Made by a program: the position numbers and the translations under genes. Shown piece after piece: positions 45,729 to 55,281 of a stretch of 64,000 nucleotides of DNA (the first letter of the stretch is position 1; every line of letters begins with the position of its first letter). A model generated the notes under the pieces. The model did no database searches and had not been told where the DNA came from. It saw only the letters and a list, made by a program, of their open reading frames with translations. The DNA is from Acidimicrobiales bacterium. GTDB taxonomy: Bacteria > Actinomycetota > Acidimicrobiia > Acidimicrobiales > Aldehydirespiratoraceae. The stretch is from contig OZ241331.1 in the NCBI GenBank assembly GCA_965200005.1, forward strand, positions 641,054 to 705,053, given 5' to 3'.

Positions 45729-47000
45729 TCAGGTTGTGTTGCCGTCGGACGTAGAACCGACGCCGTTGCCTGAGCCGACGCTTGAACCGTTGGTGTCCCA
45801 TGGCACCGACAACAGCCGCAAGTAACGCTCGGCATTGCCGGCCATGAGCTTTCGTAGGGCTTCTTCACCGATCACAGAACCCCAGGCAATGACGTTGTCT
45901 GTGCTATTGGGATAGAAGCACTCGGGATGAGGAAAGTCTGACTCATACATCAAGACACCGTCGCCGAGCAGATCAATGACGGCTTTGGTCATCTCGGGGC
46001 CCTCGTGCTGTTCGATCGCACAGAACACCCGGCCCATCTGGACGTACTCCATGGGTGTGTGCTTTAGGGTCGCTGGCACTGCGCCCTTGACGTAGTCGAT
46101 CTGGCTGGTAAGCCGGATGATCCAGTGCGGCAGCCAGCCGTGGCCGGTCTCGACGGTGGCGATCCGCAGGTTCGGGTAGCGATCAAGCATCCCGGATACC
46201 AGCACATATGCCATCAGCCGTTGGGCTCCCCAGACATGTGCTGCAGTTCGTGCTACTGCCACGTTCCCCCAGATGTCTCGATAGCCGGGGAAGTAGGGAG
46301 CCTCATAGAAGAAGCTGTGATGCATGATCGGCAGGTCGGCCTCGTTCATCGCCTCCCAGATCGGATCAAGATCGGGCTCATCTACCGGGAGGCCTTCCGG
46401 TAGTACGGGCCAAACAGCGGAGAGCCACTCCTCATCGGCGTGTTGGCGGATCGTGTCAGCCGCCCATTGCGGGTCAGCGCCTGGAGCTAACAGCAGACCT
46501 TTGAGCCGCTTGGGGTCTGCGGAGCAATAGTCAGCCATATAACGGTGATACGAGCGGTACATGGCTTTGGCCAGACTCAGGTCAAGCGCGGTGCTTCCCG
46601 GTGCCCAGGTGCCAGGAATGATGAAGTTGACGTCGACGCCCTCTTCATCCATATTGGCGAGACGCCCCGTCGAGTTGGTGTGTTGGATGCCATCTGCAAT
46701 GGGCTTAACGGCCAGATTCTGAACCCGGCCCTCGAGAGCGCCCTTTGCACCCGCGCCGCGAGTGTCCACAGAAGCATCGGCTTTATTGCCAGCAACGCGG
46801 TTATAGGGACGCGGGTTGACTCGCACAACGCCGTAGGGATGGGTTGGATGACCCCGGCCGGCCGTCGGTGTTGTCACACGCACATAGGGAGTTAGCTCGT
46901 CGGCGCGCTCCTTGAGTTCACGATCGCCGTATTCGACGAGCACCTCAACCGAAGGGGTGACATGCGTGTCAGCGTCAATCACCCTGTAGCCCTGCCTCAT
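45729..47000 (-). CDS. amidohydrolase-2 family protein
   Basis: VIDADTHV start, ETGHGWLPHW, and YESDFPHPE near the C-terminus. Confidence 0.8.
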   Translation of the reverse strand: MRQGYRVIDADTHVTPSVEVLVEYGDRELKERADELTPYVRVTTPTAGRGHPTHPYGVVRVNPRPYNRVAGNKADASVDTRGAGAKGALEGRVQNLAVKPIADGIQHTNSTGRLANMDEEGVDVNFIIPGTWAPGSTALDLSLAKAMYRSYHRYMADYCSADPKRLKGLLLAPGADPQWAADTIRQHADEEWLSAVWPVLPEGLPVDEPDLDPIWEAMNEADLPIMHHSFFYEAPYFPGYRDIWGNVAVARTAAHVWGAQRLMAYVLVSGMLDRYPNLRIATVETGHGWLPHWIIRLTSQIDYVKGAVPATLKHTPMEYVQMGRVFCAIEQHEGPEMTKAVIDLLGDGVLMYESDFPHPECFYPNSTDNVIAWGSVIGEEALRKLMAGNAERYLRLLSVPWDTNGSSVGSGNGVGSTSDGNTT

Positions 47001-47017
47001 TGAATCATTCCGTCCTC

Positions 47018-47041
47018 TAGTCGCTTAGTCGCTTAGTCGCT
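47018..47041. repeat. 8-nt tandem repeat TAGTCGCT x3 (plus a degenerate 4th copy at 47051)
   Basis: Read directly in the 50-nt spacer between the gntR stop and the amidohydrolase start. Confidence 0.9.
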
Positions 47042-47050
47042 GAAGTTCAT

Positions 47051-47794
47051 CTAGTCGTTCTGTCGGTCTGGTGCGAACGCCACCTCGGCTGACCCCACAG
47101 TCTCACGCATCACTTCGATGAGGCTCCGCTCAACCTTTTCGAGGTGCTCCCGCATGAGTTCTTGCGCAAGTTCGCCATCGCGCGCCGCGATTGCGTCGTG
47201 GATCTTGCGGTGGCCCTCGTAGCCGGAACCAACCCTGTGCCGATGCTCAGGTGGGCGGGTGAAGATCCTCCAGAACCCTGGTTCCCGAAAGAAAAGTCCC
47301 AGTCCCGATTCGTATAGTTCGGTCAGAATCAGATTGTGTGATGCTCGCACTACGGCGCTGTGAAAGCCCCGGTCTGCGGTGTGATATTGGGCTTCGTCAC
47401 GTGTGTCCATGCGTGCCAGGCAGGCACCGATCTCGGCAAGGTCGCTGTCGGTGTGGTTCTGGGCTGCTAGTCCCGATGCGTGAATCTCTAACAACTTGCG
47501 AACATCAAACACCTGCTGCACCGACGAATCCGATGCTCGGGCCGCAAGGTTCAGCATCTTGGGGCCAATGTCGTTCGGGTGGCGCACCACTAAACGGCCG
47601 CCCCGGCGAGAGATGAAGCCTGACGACACCAGGCCTTGAAGCGCTTCACGCACGGTTGTACGGCCGACCCCGAACACTTCACGCAATTCACGTTCAGAGG
47701 GCATCGTCGCCCCAGGTTCAAGGCGTCCCGACAGCACCTGACGCTTGAGTTGCTCTTCGAGACGGTCGGCGAGTGTTTCGCGTCGTAGCTTCAC
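47051..47794 (-). CDS. GntR-family (FadR/FCD subfamily) transcriptional regulator
   Basis: N-terminal wHTH LPSERELREVFGVGRTTVREALQGL and a C-terminal all-helical FCD-like domain. Confidence 0.85.
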   Translation of the reverse strand: MKLRRETLADRLEEQLKRQVLSGRLEPGATMPSERELREVFGVGRTTVREALQGLVSSGFISRRGGRLVVRHPNDIGPKMLNLAARASDSSVQQVFDVRKLLEIHASGLAAQNHTDSDLAEIGACLARMDTRDEAQYHTADRGFHSAVVRASHNLILTELYESGLGLFFREPGFWRIFTRPPEHRHRVGSGYEGHRKIHDAIAARDGELAQELMREHLEKVERSLIEVMRETVGSAEVAFAPDRQND

Positions 47795-49215
47795 GAGCCT
47801 TGGGCTCCTGTGCTTGCACCCAACCAGCTCAACACCGTGGATCCCTCGTATGTGGCGTCGAGCGCCTCGGCATTACCAGGTTGTGCAAAGGCGATCCGCG
47901 CGAAGTCATCGCGCCGTTCAAAGGGCACGGAGGCATCAAGTATCACCTTTGTGCCGACACCGTCACGTGATGTCCGCACATATTCGTGGCCACGCATTCC
48001 AGGCAGCATTATTAGATCTTCGACTGCATCGAAGCGCGTAGCCAAAGCGTAGGCAACATCCACGGGATCATGCAGATCAATGTCGTCATCCACGAGCACG
48101 ATCATGTTGAGGTCTTTGAGCGCACCAAAGGCGGCTAATGCAGCATTGCGACCCATGCCATTGTCTCGGTCTGACCTTTTGGATAGGGCCATGACGAGAT
48201 GAAATCGGTGTAATCCACCCGACGGCATTGCTACATCGGTAACGATCGGGGTCACAGGTTTCACGGCTTGGAGCGCAGCTACCTCAAGCACATGTTTACG
48301 TAACACGATCGTCTCTCGGCCCGCACCGTTGATTGCGTGATACACGGGCTCCCGACGGGTAGTGAGTGCAGTGACCTTGATCGTCGGTGCGGGGCCTGCC
48401 GGAGACGAATACCCCACAAACTCCCCGAACGGCCCCTCGATCACAGTGTGGTCGGGCTCTATCACGCCTTCAATAACGATCTCGGTTTCCGCTGGCACAA
48501 CTACGTCTTGGGTGATACCTGCGGCGACAGGTAAGCCCGACCCGCGGCAACCACCAGCTGCGCACAGCTCGTCACGATCTTCGGGCATTAGTGCACCCAT
48601 CGTGGAAGCCGCGTAGATCAAGGCCATATCGGTGCCGATACAGGCTGCGACTGGCAGCTTCTGGCCCAATTGCGTGGCGCGTTCAAGTGCTTGACCGAGG
48701 TGGCGACCGTGGTCGATCTTGATGGCGACTCGATCCGAGTCAATGATCTGTAGACGGTGAAACGAGGCGTTGTGTACCCCTGTGATGGGATCACGCACGA
48801 TCAGCACGGCAGCCGTAACGAAGCGACCGCCGTCGGTGGGGGTGTGCTTGAGCACCGGTAGTTGCCGACCCAGATTGATCGCTGCGCCCCGGCAGATGAC
48901 TTGTTGAGCTGGCACATTGTCTACGTCTACGAAGGTCGGATCGATATCGCGGCGGATGCCTCGCGCTATGGCTGCGCGCAGTTCGTCTCGTGTGAGACCC
49001 ATAGCCACTTCGGAGGATCTTGGTGTTGCGAACACATTGCCGACTACAGGTACATCGTGGCCCTTGACGTCTTCAAACAGGATTGCCGCGCCTGCATCGT
49101 GATGTTTCATCAGTGAAGCGACTTCAAGGTCGCCGTCGACGGTGCGGGTTAGTCGTGCTAAAAGACCAGCCGCGTCAAGACGCTGTAGCGCGCTGCGGAA
49201 ACTGCTGTCGATCAT
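47791..49215 (-). CDS. UbiD-family (prenyl-FMN dependent) decarboxylase
   Basis: 474 aa. ILFEDVKGHDVPVVGNVF and the GPFGEFVGY motif are typical of UbiD enzymes. Confidence 0.8.
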   Translation of the reverse strand: MIDSSFRSALQRLDAAGLLARLTRTVDGDLEVASLMKHHDAGAAILFEDVKGHDVPVVGNVFATPRSSEVAMGLTRDELRAAIARGIRRDIDPTFVDVDNVPAQQVICRGAAINLGRQLPVLKHTPTDGGRFVTAAVLIVRDPITGVHNASFHRLQIIDSDRVAIKIDHGRHLGQALERATQLGQKLPVAACIGTDMALIYAASTMGALMPEDRDELCAAGGCRGSGLPVAAGITQDVVVPAETEIVIEGVIEPDHTVIEGPFGEFVGYSSPAGPAPTIKVTALTTRREPVYHAINGAGRETIVLRKHVLEVAALQAVKPVTPIVTDVAMPSGGLHRFHLVMALSKRSDRDNGMGRNAALAAFGALKDLNMIVLVDDDIDLHDPVDVAYALATRFDAVEDLIMLPGMRGHEYVRTSRDGVGTKVILDASVPFERRDDFARIAFAQPGNAEALDATYEGSTVLSWLGASTGAQGS

Positions 49216-50717
49216 GGCGTGTGCGAAGCGGGTGCCGCGACCCCGCTGCCGTCCCCCGCAGCGGTATCGGCAGCAGTGATGTCCCGGAGTAAACCGGTAA
49301 CCATGTCGCGAGCCCGCGGCCAGTCGTAGTTGCGATATGAACGGCCCTGTACTACCGAGGCCGATCCGGCGTAGAACATCTCGTACTGGAAGTGGCGGCT
49401 AGCGAACTCTGAGCCGATCGCATCCCAGATGAGCTTGAGCAGCATGACCCGCTCGGGCGCACCCACCTTGGGCCATCGCACGAAACGTTCCAGATCAGCC
49501 CTGCTTTGCGCGTCACTCCAGGAGTGTCCCGATGACGGCACCTGAATCGTCGTGCCGCCGGTCATCTCTCGCAACAAAAAGATGATGTCGCGATAGAGAT
49601 CGGGCTGCAAAGTCATGGCCGAATACAGCATCTCGGGGTCGGGGCGCGCCACGCCCACATCGTCAATCAAAGCGTTGTATTCGGCTGCTAGGGCCATGGC
49701 GTGAGGCACGGAGACATGTGCAGCGAGCTTCCCGAGCTTGAGCTGGAAGCCTCGGTTAGAGACCTGGCCAGACCATTCGGCGAGTTGTGATGCCAGTCCA
49801 GCCATGAACCTCAACTTCACGGCGTAACGGATCTGGGCTTGGGTGTTGCCCAATATGTGCGCTGGGGTGGTGTTGAACTGGGCAAATGTGATCTCGCGGT
49901 TGCGTTCGACGAACACGTGCTCGGCTGGCACGTCAACGTCATCAAACACGACCAGGGCATCGGATTCGTCGAAGCCCGCAGATAGGGGATAGTCGGCAGC
50001 AGTCGGAACATCACGCCCGTAGGGACGTCGGGGATAGATGCGCAACCTCGGATGATTGACCGGCAACACCACCGACAGTGCATAGTCCTCGGCACCCGGC
50101 GGTAAGGGCTGGATGACACTCACAAACAAATAGTCGGACATAACCGTGGCGGTGCCGAGCATCTGGGCTCCACGCACGATCACACCGCCGTCGTCGGCGT
50201 GCGCTATCGAGGCGTACAGGTTCGGCTCGTATTGTTCGTGAGGTCCCTTGGTGCGATCAATCTGGGGATGGATGATCGTGTACGTGACGTACAGGTCTTC
50301 GTCACGGGCCCGTTCGTAGAAGGCCAACACGTTTCGTCCATACTGCTCGCCTGCTTGGGCGAAAGTGTCGAGCGAGCCCGCGAACCCAGCAAAGAAGGAT
50401 GCAACGTGGTCGGGTGAGCGACCCAGGAACCCGCAGCTGAGTTCCGACCAGGCCTCGATTGCAAGTCGACGTCGTCGCAGGTCTTCTACTGAACGCGGCA
50501 CGAGCCAGCTCAGGTTCACCGGCCGGCCATCGCTTGGCGACGGATACGTCATGAGTTCACGATTGGCCGGATCGGACGAGAAGTCATATAGGCGCGCAAC
50601 CGTCGCTACCGCACCCTCAAAGGCCGGATGTTTGGCAACATCAGCTACGCGTTGCCCGTCAAGGATGACGTTTCGCCCGTCGTTGAGCGACGCTATGTAA
50701 GAGCTTCCGGTGCGCAT
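49212..50717 (-). CDS. 4-hydroxyphenylacetate 3-hydroxylase (HpaB) family flavin-dependent oxygenase component
   Basis: 501 aa. The N-terminal YIASLNDGRNVILDGQRVADV and overall layout match the HpaB/4-hydroxybutyryl-CoA-dehydratase superfamily. Confidence 0.7.
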   Translation of the reverse strand: MRTGSSYIASLNDGRNVILDGQRVADVAKHPAFEGAVATVARLYDFSSDPANRELMTYPSPSDGRPVNLSWLVPRSVEDLRRRRLAIEAWSELSCGFLGRSPDHVASFFAGFAGSLDTFAQAGEQYGRNVLAFYERARDEDLYVTYTIIHPQIDRTKGPHEQYEPNLYASIAHADDGGVIVRGAQMLGTATVMSDYLFVSVIQPLPPGAEDYALSVVLPVNHPRLRIYPRRPYGRDVPTAADYPLSAGFDESDALVVFDDVDVPAEHVFVERNREITFAQFNTTPAHILGNTQAQIRYAVKLRFMAGLASQLAEWSGQVSNRGFQLKLGKLAAHVSVPHAMALAAEYNALIDDVGVARPDPEMLYSAMTLQPDLYRDIIFLLREMTGGTTIQVPSSGHSWSDAQSRADLERFVRWPKVGAPERVMLLKLIWDAIGSEFASRHFQYEMFYAGSASVVQGRSYRNYDWPRARDMVTGLLRDITAADTAAGDGSGVAAPASHTP

Positions 50718-50764
50718 CTTCCTTCCGCAAGCCTTAAACCTGCATCCTTAAGGACGTTGCCAGA

Positions 50765-50775
50765 TTGTCTGACAA
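50765..50775. promoter_or_regulatory. perfect palindrome TTGTCTGACAA, candidate GntR/FadR-type operator
   Basis: Fits the GT-N-AC core of FadR-subfamily operators. It lies in the divergent spacer between the hpaB-ubiD-gntR operon and the MFS gene. A half-site TTGTCAAG follows about 20 nt downstream. Confidence 0.4.
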
Positions 50776-50831
50776 CCTGCCTAATTTGTCAAGCTGAAGA
50801 GATGTCCGAGCATCAAGACTAAGTACTGGCA

Positions 50832-52019
50832 ATGCGTCGGCTCGTACAAACGCTTGGCGACCCGAACTTTCGCCGCTACGCGGGTGCCCAGGTGCTTCAC
50901 GGCACCGGTATGTGGGTACATCGCATAGCGGAGTTGTGGGTCGTGTACGAGATAACCGGCAGTGCCCTGGCAGTGGGGATAGCCACTTCGGCACGGGCGG
51001 GATCCTCGGTGTTTCTCGCGCCGCTGGCTGGGATGCTCGCCGACCGGCTAGATCGACGCCGGCTGCTAGCCACAACCCAGTTCTCGAAAGCAGCTGTTGC
51101 TGGACTACTCGGCGTGGTCGCTGCACAATCCCGAGGAGGGGTGGCGCTGTGGTTCCTGCTGTCCACGATCGCCGTGCTCGGGGTCATCGGCGCCATTGAT
51201 ACGCCTCTACGGCGAGCGTTCGTTCGAGATGTTGTAACCGTCGACGGACTTGAGCGAGCAGCTCGGCTGCACACGTCGGTGATGTCGGTCGGGCGCCTCG
51301 TTGGAGGGTCGCTTGCAGCGGCCCTGCTGGCCGTTTCGGCTTCGTGGCTCTGCTTTTGTATCAACAGTGTCGCTTCCGTGGCTGCAGCGATACTGGTGTT
51401 GCGGGTCGTTCCGACGACTTCGGCTGTTACAGCGGCTGCTCGTGCGGCGGGAGGGAGCCTGCTCGCCTACCTGCGCCGGGCGCCAGAGGTCACTATGCCT
51501 CTGGCTCTGCTCGGGTGCTTCACGTTGTTTGGATGGAACCTTGAGGTGCTCATCCCGGTGCTAATTGACGAGCAACTGTCATCGGGGCCGGCGATGTTCG
51601 GGCTGCTGGTGCTGGTGTTGAGCCTCGGTAGTCTCGCTGGGTCGGTGTTGATGGCATCTTCGGCACGCAGTGGTCTGGGCAGCCTTGCCGGGTTGCTCGC
51701 TGTTTTCGGAGTGGTGTTGCTACCTGTTGCAGCGGTGAGCAGTGTGGTGCTGGCACTGCTGGCCTTTGCGTTTGCGGGTGCGATCGGCGGTGGCTTCTTG
51801 AGCCTGGCGAATGCCTCGGTTCAGACTGCTGCGGATCCACGCCTGCAAGGTCGTGTTGCTGCCACCTATGGCGTCGTGTTCGTTGGTGCCCGTGCTGTTG
51901 GCGGCCCCATACTCGGCTGGCTCGCCGACAGCTTCGGCAGCCGTAACGCTCTCGTGATTGTCGGTCTTGGCACTGCCGCTTGTGCCCTGGTGGTTCTGCT
52001 AGCAGTCCGACCCAAATGA
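50832..52019 (+). CDS. MFS transporter
   Basis: About 12 hydrophobic segments and a GMLADRLDRRR loop motif between TM2 and TM3. Confidence 0.85.
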   Translation: MRRLVQTLGDPNFRRYAGAQVLHGTGMWVHRIAELWVVYEITGSALAVGIATSARAGSSVFLAPLAGMLADRLDRRRLLATTQFSKAAVAGLLGVVAAQSRGGVALWFLLSTIAVLGVIGAIDTPLRRAFVRDVVTVDGLERAARLHTSVMSVGRLVGGSLAAALLAVSASWLCFCINSVASVAAAILVLRVVPTTSAVTAAARAAGGSLLAYLRRAPEVTMPLALLGCFTLFGWNLEVLIPVLIDEQLSSGPAMFGLLVLVLSLGSLAGSVLMASSARSGLGSLAGLLAVFGVVLLPVAAVSSVVLALLAFAFAGAIGGGFLSLANASVQTAADPRLQGRVAATYGVVFVGARAVGGPILGWLADSFGSRNALVIVGLGTAACALVVLLAVRPK

Positions 52020-52068
52020 CATGCGCGTTATCTCAAAACAAATGAACACACCGCGTCGATTATTAATG
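52019..52068. repeat. 50-nt direct repeat, left copy (flanks Fic gene)
   Basis: ACATGCGCGTTATCTCAAAACAAATGAACACACCGCGTCGATTATTAATG. It matches 53230..53279 at 46 of 50 positions, with a perfect 35-nt core. Confidence 0.95.
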
Positions 52069-52097
52069 CTCAACGAGGGTAAGCGGCAGATCGCCCG

Positions 52098-53252
52098 CTA
52101 CCAGCGGTCGTAGGGATCGGCCACTGTGCGTCTGGTTCGACTGCGCCGAATCGCGTACCACTCAGAGCGAAGTGCTTCGCTACCTATGTAGTAGCGGCCA
52201 CGCTTCTGCCCTTCGGCATGCAACAGTCCAGAGCGAGCCAAAGCAAGCAAGTCACGGGTCGCCATTGAGTCACTGACATCTTCGCCAACCGTCGACCGCA
52301 CGACTTTGCGATAGAGCGACCGCGTCAGCTTCCAACCTCGAGCAGCATCTGAAAGGGCCCCCACACAGCGCCCCGGTAAGCGGTGACGTCGCGCTTCCTG
52401 ATCGCAATATTCCCACAAGGCGACCATCTCGTCGATGCGCAATCTGAGCAGTTCGGCCTGGCGAAGGTGAGCTGTCAAACAGAACTCGATCCAAGGTCGT
52501 GCGCTGCGCTCGGGTGACCATTCTCCCGCACCGACATCTGCGAGCACACGGTAGTAATCGGCCGTATTGCGCCCGAGATACTCCTCAATGCTGTTGAACA
52601 CCGGCGATAGTTCACCCTCGTTGGTGAGCACGAGTGTCTGTACGCAACGTGCCATACGGCCGTTGCCATCGCTGAACGGGTGAATCAGGGTGAGATTGAG
52701 ATGCGCCATCGCGGCGGTGACCATTGGCGGCCCTGCGGATTCTGCCGCTTGGTCGATCATCTCATCGATTAGTGCCTCAAGCCCGTCTCGGGGTGGTGCT
52801 TGATACACGCTGTTGCCGTAGGAGTCACTCACCCAGATCTCCCGGGGTCGCCAGCGGCCGGGATGTTTGGTGAGATCGTGCTTGAGTATCATGAAGTGCA
52901 GCGATCGCAGCAGCGACAAGTCAAGTTTCACACCGGTCAACTGCAGCACGTAGGTGAGGGCGTCGCGATATCCCGAGATTGCAGCCCGGGTTTCGTCACT
53001 AGCCGCCGGTGCTGGTTCATCGTCGATTATCGCTGCAGCATCTTCCACGCTTGAATGGTGACCTTCGATGCTGTTGGAGCCCTGCACCGCACGGGCAAAC
53101 GTGACTCTGCGCAGGGTGCCGAGCCAACGTCTGGGCCTCGCAAGATTGAAGCGGAGGGCTCTACGAAGCTCACCGATCCGCCCGATTACGTCCAGGTCCA
53201 ACTCGTTGAGTACCGGCGGTCCATAGATCACATGCGCGATAGTACAAAACAA
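52098..53252 (-). CDS. Fic-family protein (putative AMPylase) with N-terminal inhibitory motif
   Basis: Fic active-site motif HPFSDGNGRMAR. An upstream SNSIEG fits the (S/T)xxxE(G/N) auto-inhibition helix. The ORF start lies inside the right direct repeat, so the true start may be further in. Confidence 0.85.
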   Translation of the reverse strand: MFCTIAHVIYGPPVLNELDLDVIGRIGELRRALRFNLARPRRWLGTLRRVTFARAVQGSNSIEGHHSSVEDAAAIIDDEPAPAASDETRAAISGYRDALTYVLQLTGVKLDLSLLRSLHFMILKHDLTKHPGRWRPREIWVSDSYGNSVYQAPPRDGLEALIDEMIDQAAESAGPPMVTAAMAHLNLTLIHPFSDGNGRMARCVQTLVLTNEGELSPVFNSIEEYLGRNTADYYRVLADVGAGEWSPERSARPWIEFCLTAHLRQAELLRLRIDEMVALWEYCDQEARRHRLPGRCVGALSDAARGWKLTRSLYRKVVRSTVGEDVSDSMATRDLLALARSGLLHAEGQKRGRYYIGSEALRSEWYAIRRSRTRRTVADPYDRW

Positions 53253-53279
53253 ATGAACACACCGCGTCGATTATTAATG
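53230..53279. repeat. 50-nt direct repeat, right copy (flanks Fic gene)
   Basis: See 52019..52068. Confidence 0.95.
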
Positions 53280-53360
53280 AACGAAGCGATCTTTAACAGT
53301 CACAGCGCCGAGGAACAGGACTAAATCACCTCGACCGGCATCAAGGCAGCCCGATTTAGG

Positions 53361-53858
53361 TTAGTGGCGTTTGATGCCGCCGTATTTCATTCGGGTGTCG
53401 TTCATTGAGGCTGGGCGGGCGTTGTCGACGTTGATTGAGCCGTCTACGAGTTCGCCGGCGAACAGAGTGTGGGTGCCTAGATCGAAAGCATGACGCACCT
53501 CGCAGTCCATCCAGGCGATTGCGTCATCGAACACTGGTGCGCCTGTGGTGGCTTCATGTACAGACCAGCCATTTAGGGTGCCATCGGCGTAGTGAGCAGG
53601 CTTGGAGAACTTCACGAACACTCTGGTGTTTGCCGAGTCCCACAAGTTGACCGTGAACGAGCCGCCCTCCGAGATCAGCCGGTGAGTCACTGCGGAGTTG
53701 TCGATGCCGACACCGATCAACACCGGTTCCATCGACAACTGAGTGATCCAGCTAGCAGTCATTCCGTTGCGCTCGTCACCAGAGCGTGAGCCGATTAACG
53801 CAAGAGCGTTCGGGATCTTCCAGGTGAGACGGTTAATCGTCTTTGCATCCAAAGCCAC
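53361..53858 (-). CDS. flavin reductase family protein
   Basis: 165 aa. The GMTASWITQLSMEPVLIGVGI motif is typical of the flavin reductase-like FMN-binding fold. Confidence 0.8.
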   Translation of the reverse strand: MALDAKTINRLTWKIPNALALIGSRSGDERNGMTASWITQLSMEPVLIGVGIDNSAVTHRLISEGGSFTVNLWDSANTRVFVKFSKPAHYADGTLNGWSVHEATTGAPVFDDAIAWMDCEVRHAFDLGTHTLFAGELVDGSINVDNARPASMNDTRMKYGGIKRH

Positions 53859-54056
53859 AACTTCACCTTAGCTGTGGGCCTGCTTGAGCTCCGGTCGTCG
53901 CCAGACGACTCCACGACTTGCGGTCACCCACTGACAAAGATTTGTGTGATTTCGTGTTGTAGAAACACATTTTCACGCAGTGTTCGGTTGGTGTCGCTGC
54001 AACGTTGGTGAAGGCTTCGGAGCAAAGGCAAGGGGTGGTGCTGCGATGCTGAGGCG

Positions 54057-54887
54057 GTGCGGAAGCTGCCGACGCTGGCCCCTGAGCCGCTATTCATGGC
54101 GGGTGCGGTGTCGCAGTATCTGGGAGCCGCAGTTGCAGTAGTGCTCTTCGAGTACCTGTCGCCAGGTGGTGTTGCACTGATGCGAGTTTTGGGTGCAGGC
54201 TTCATCGTTACAACGCTGGGACGATCTTGGCGGCGTCGTTGGACCGCCCACGAACTGCGCCTGGCATCAGTGTTTGGTGTGTCGCTCGCGGCGATGAACC
54301 TTTGCTTCTACCTCGCCATGCAGCGACTACCGATCGGCAACGCCGTAGCCATTGAGTTCCTTGGCCCAGTAACAGTCGCCGCCATCGGGATGCGTTCGCG
54401 ACGATCGGTTGTTGCACTCATCTTCGCTGTCGGCGGTGTGCTCGCACTTGCGGGTGTGCAAGCGGCGGGGACCATTGTTGGGGTGCTGTTTGCCCTCCTC
54501 GCAGGCATGTTCTGGGCTGGCTACATAGTGCTCGGGCATCGAGTCGCAACCCGACCCGGTGCTACTGACGGATTAGGTGTCGGGATGCTCATCGGAGCGT
54601 TAGCAATCAGCCCCTTCGGCACCACCGAAGTTGTGTCAACGCTCGATTCGCCACTTGTGTTAGCGGCCAGCCTGCTAACGGGCCTGCTCTCGAACGTGAT
54701 CCCTTACCGCATCGACCAAGCCGTCATGCGACGCATCGACCCGCACCGCTTTGCACTACTCCAAGCCCTGCTACCAGTCACCGCGACACTCGTTGGCCTA
54801 GCGACTCTCGCTCAAGTACCAAGCCTCCAAGAAGCCCTAGGAATAGCAGCCGTAGCAACAGCCATAGCCACCACCAGACCCCGCTAG
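54057..54887 (+). CDS. EamA/DMT-family transporter (RhtA-like)
   Basis: Ten hydrophobic segments in two EamA halves. The start is uncertain (ORF begins with an alternative start codon). Confidence 0.75.
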   Translation: MRKLPTLAPEPLFMAGAVSQYLGAAVAVVLFEYLSPGGVALMRVLGAGFIVTTLGRSWRRRWTAHELRLASVFGVSLAAMNLCFYLAMQRLPIGNAVAIEFLGPVTVAAIGMRSRRSVVALIFAVGGVLALAGVQAAGTIVGVLFALLAGMFWAGYIVLGHRVATRPGATDGLGVGMLIGALAISPFGTTEVVSTLDSPLVLAASLLTGLLSNVIPYRIDQAVMRRIDPHRFALLQALLPVTATLVGLATLAQVPSLQEALGIAAVATAIATTRPR

Positions 54888-54912
54888 ACCCGGTCTCGCA
54901 ATCCCGCTCGCA

Positions 54913-55281
54913 TCACGGAGGCCAGCGAAAGCTCCAGTCAAAGTCGATGCCGATCAGCACCAACACAGGCCGGATCTGATTGATACCTCTGACAACGACA
55001 GTTGCGGTCTTGACGCCGAAGACAACTCGAGACGGCGGAAAGATGCCTCTGAAGGGTGCGGTAACTAGCGCCTTGACTTCCGGATGCTCGTCGTCGACCG
55101 GATACGCACACTGCCAGTAGGCGCTGAGGAAGTCACGTAAGTCAGGCCAACATCTTGACTTGAAGTCCTTAACTGACGGGCGGCGGCCGTCGATTGAACG
55201 CTCAAATCCGAACGTGTTGTGGATGACTTGATCGAAAGCAGCTGACCGCTTGATGAGAGCCCGAGACGGGTCAGATGTCAC
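54913..55281 (-). CDS. hypothetical 122-aa protein, candidate toxin partner of the Panacea-domain protein
   Basis: GTG start overlaps the upstream TGA (GTGA). No recognisable motif. Confidence 0.55.
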   Translation of the reverse strand: MTSDPSRALIKRSAAFDQVIHNTFGFERSIDGRRPSVKDFKSRCWPDLRDFLSAYWQCAYPVDDEHPEVKALVTAPFRGIFPPSRVVFGVKTATVVVRGINQIRPVLVLIGIDFDWSFRWPP

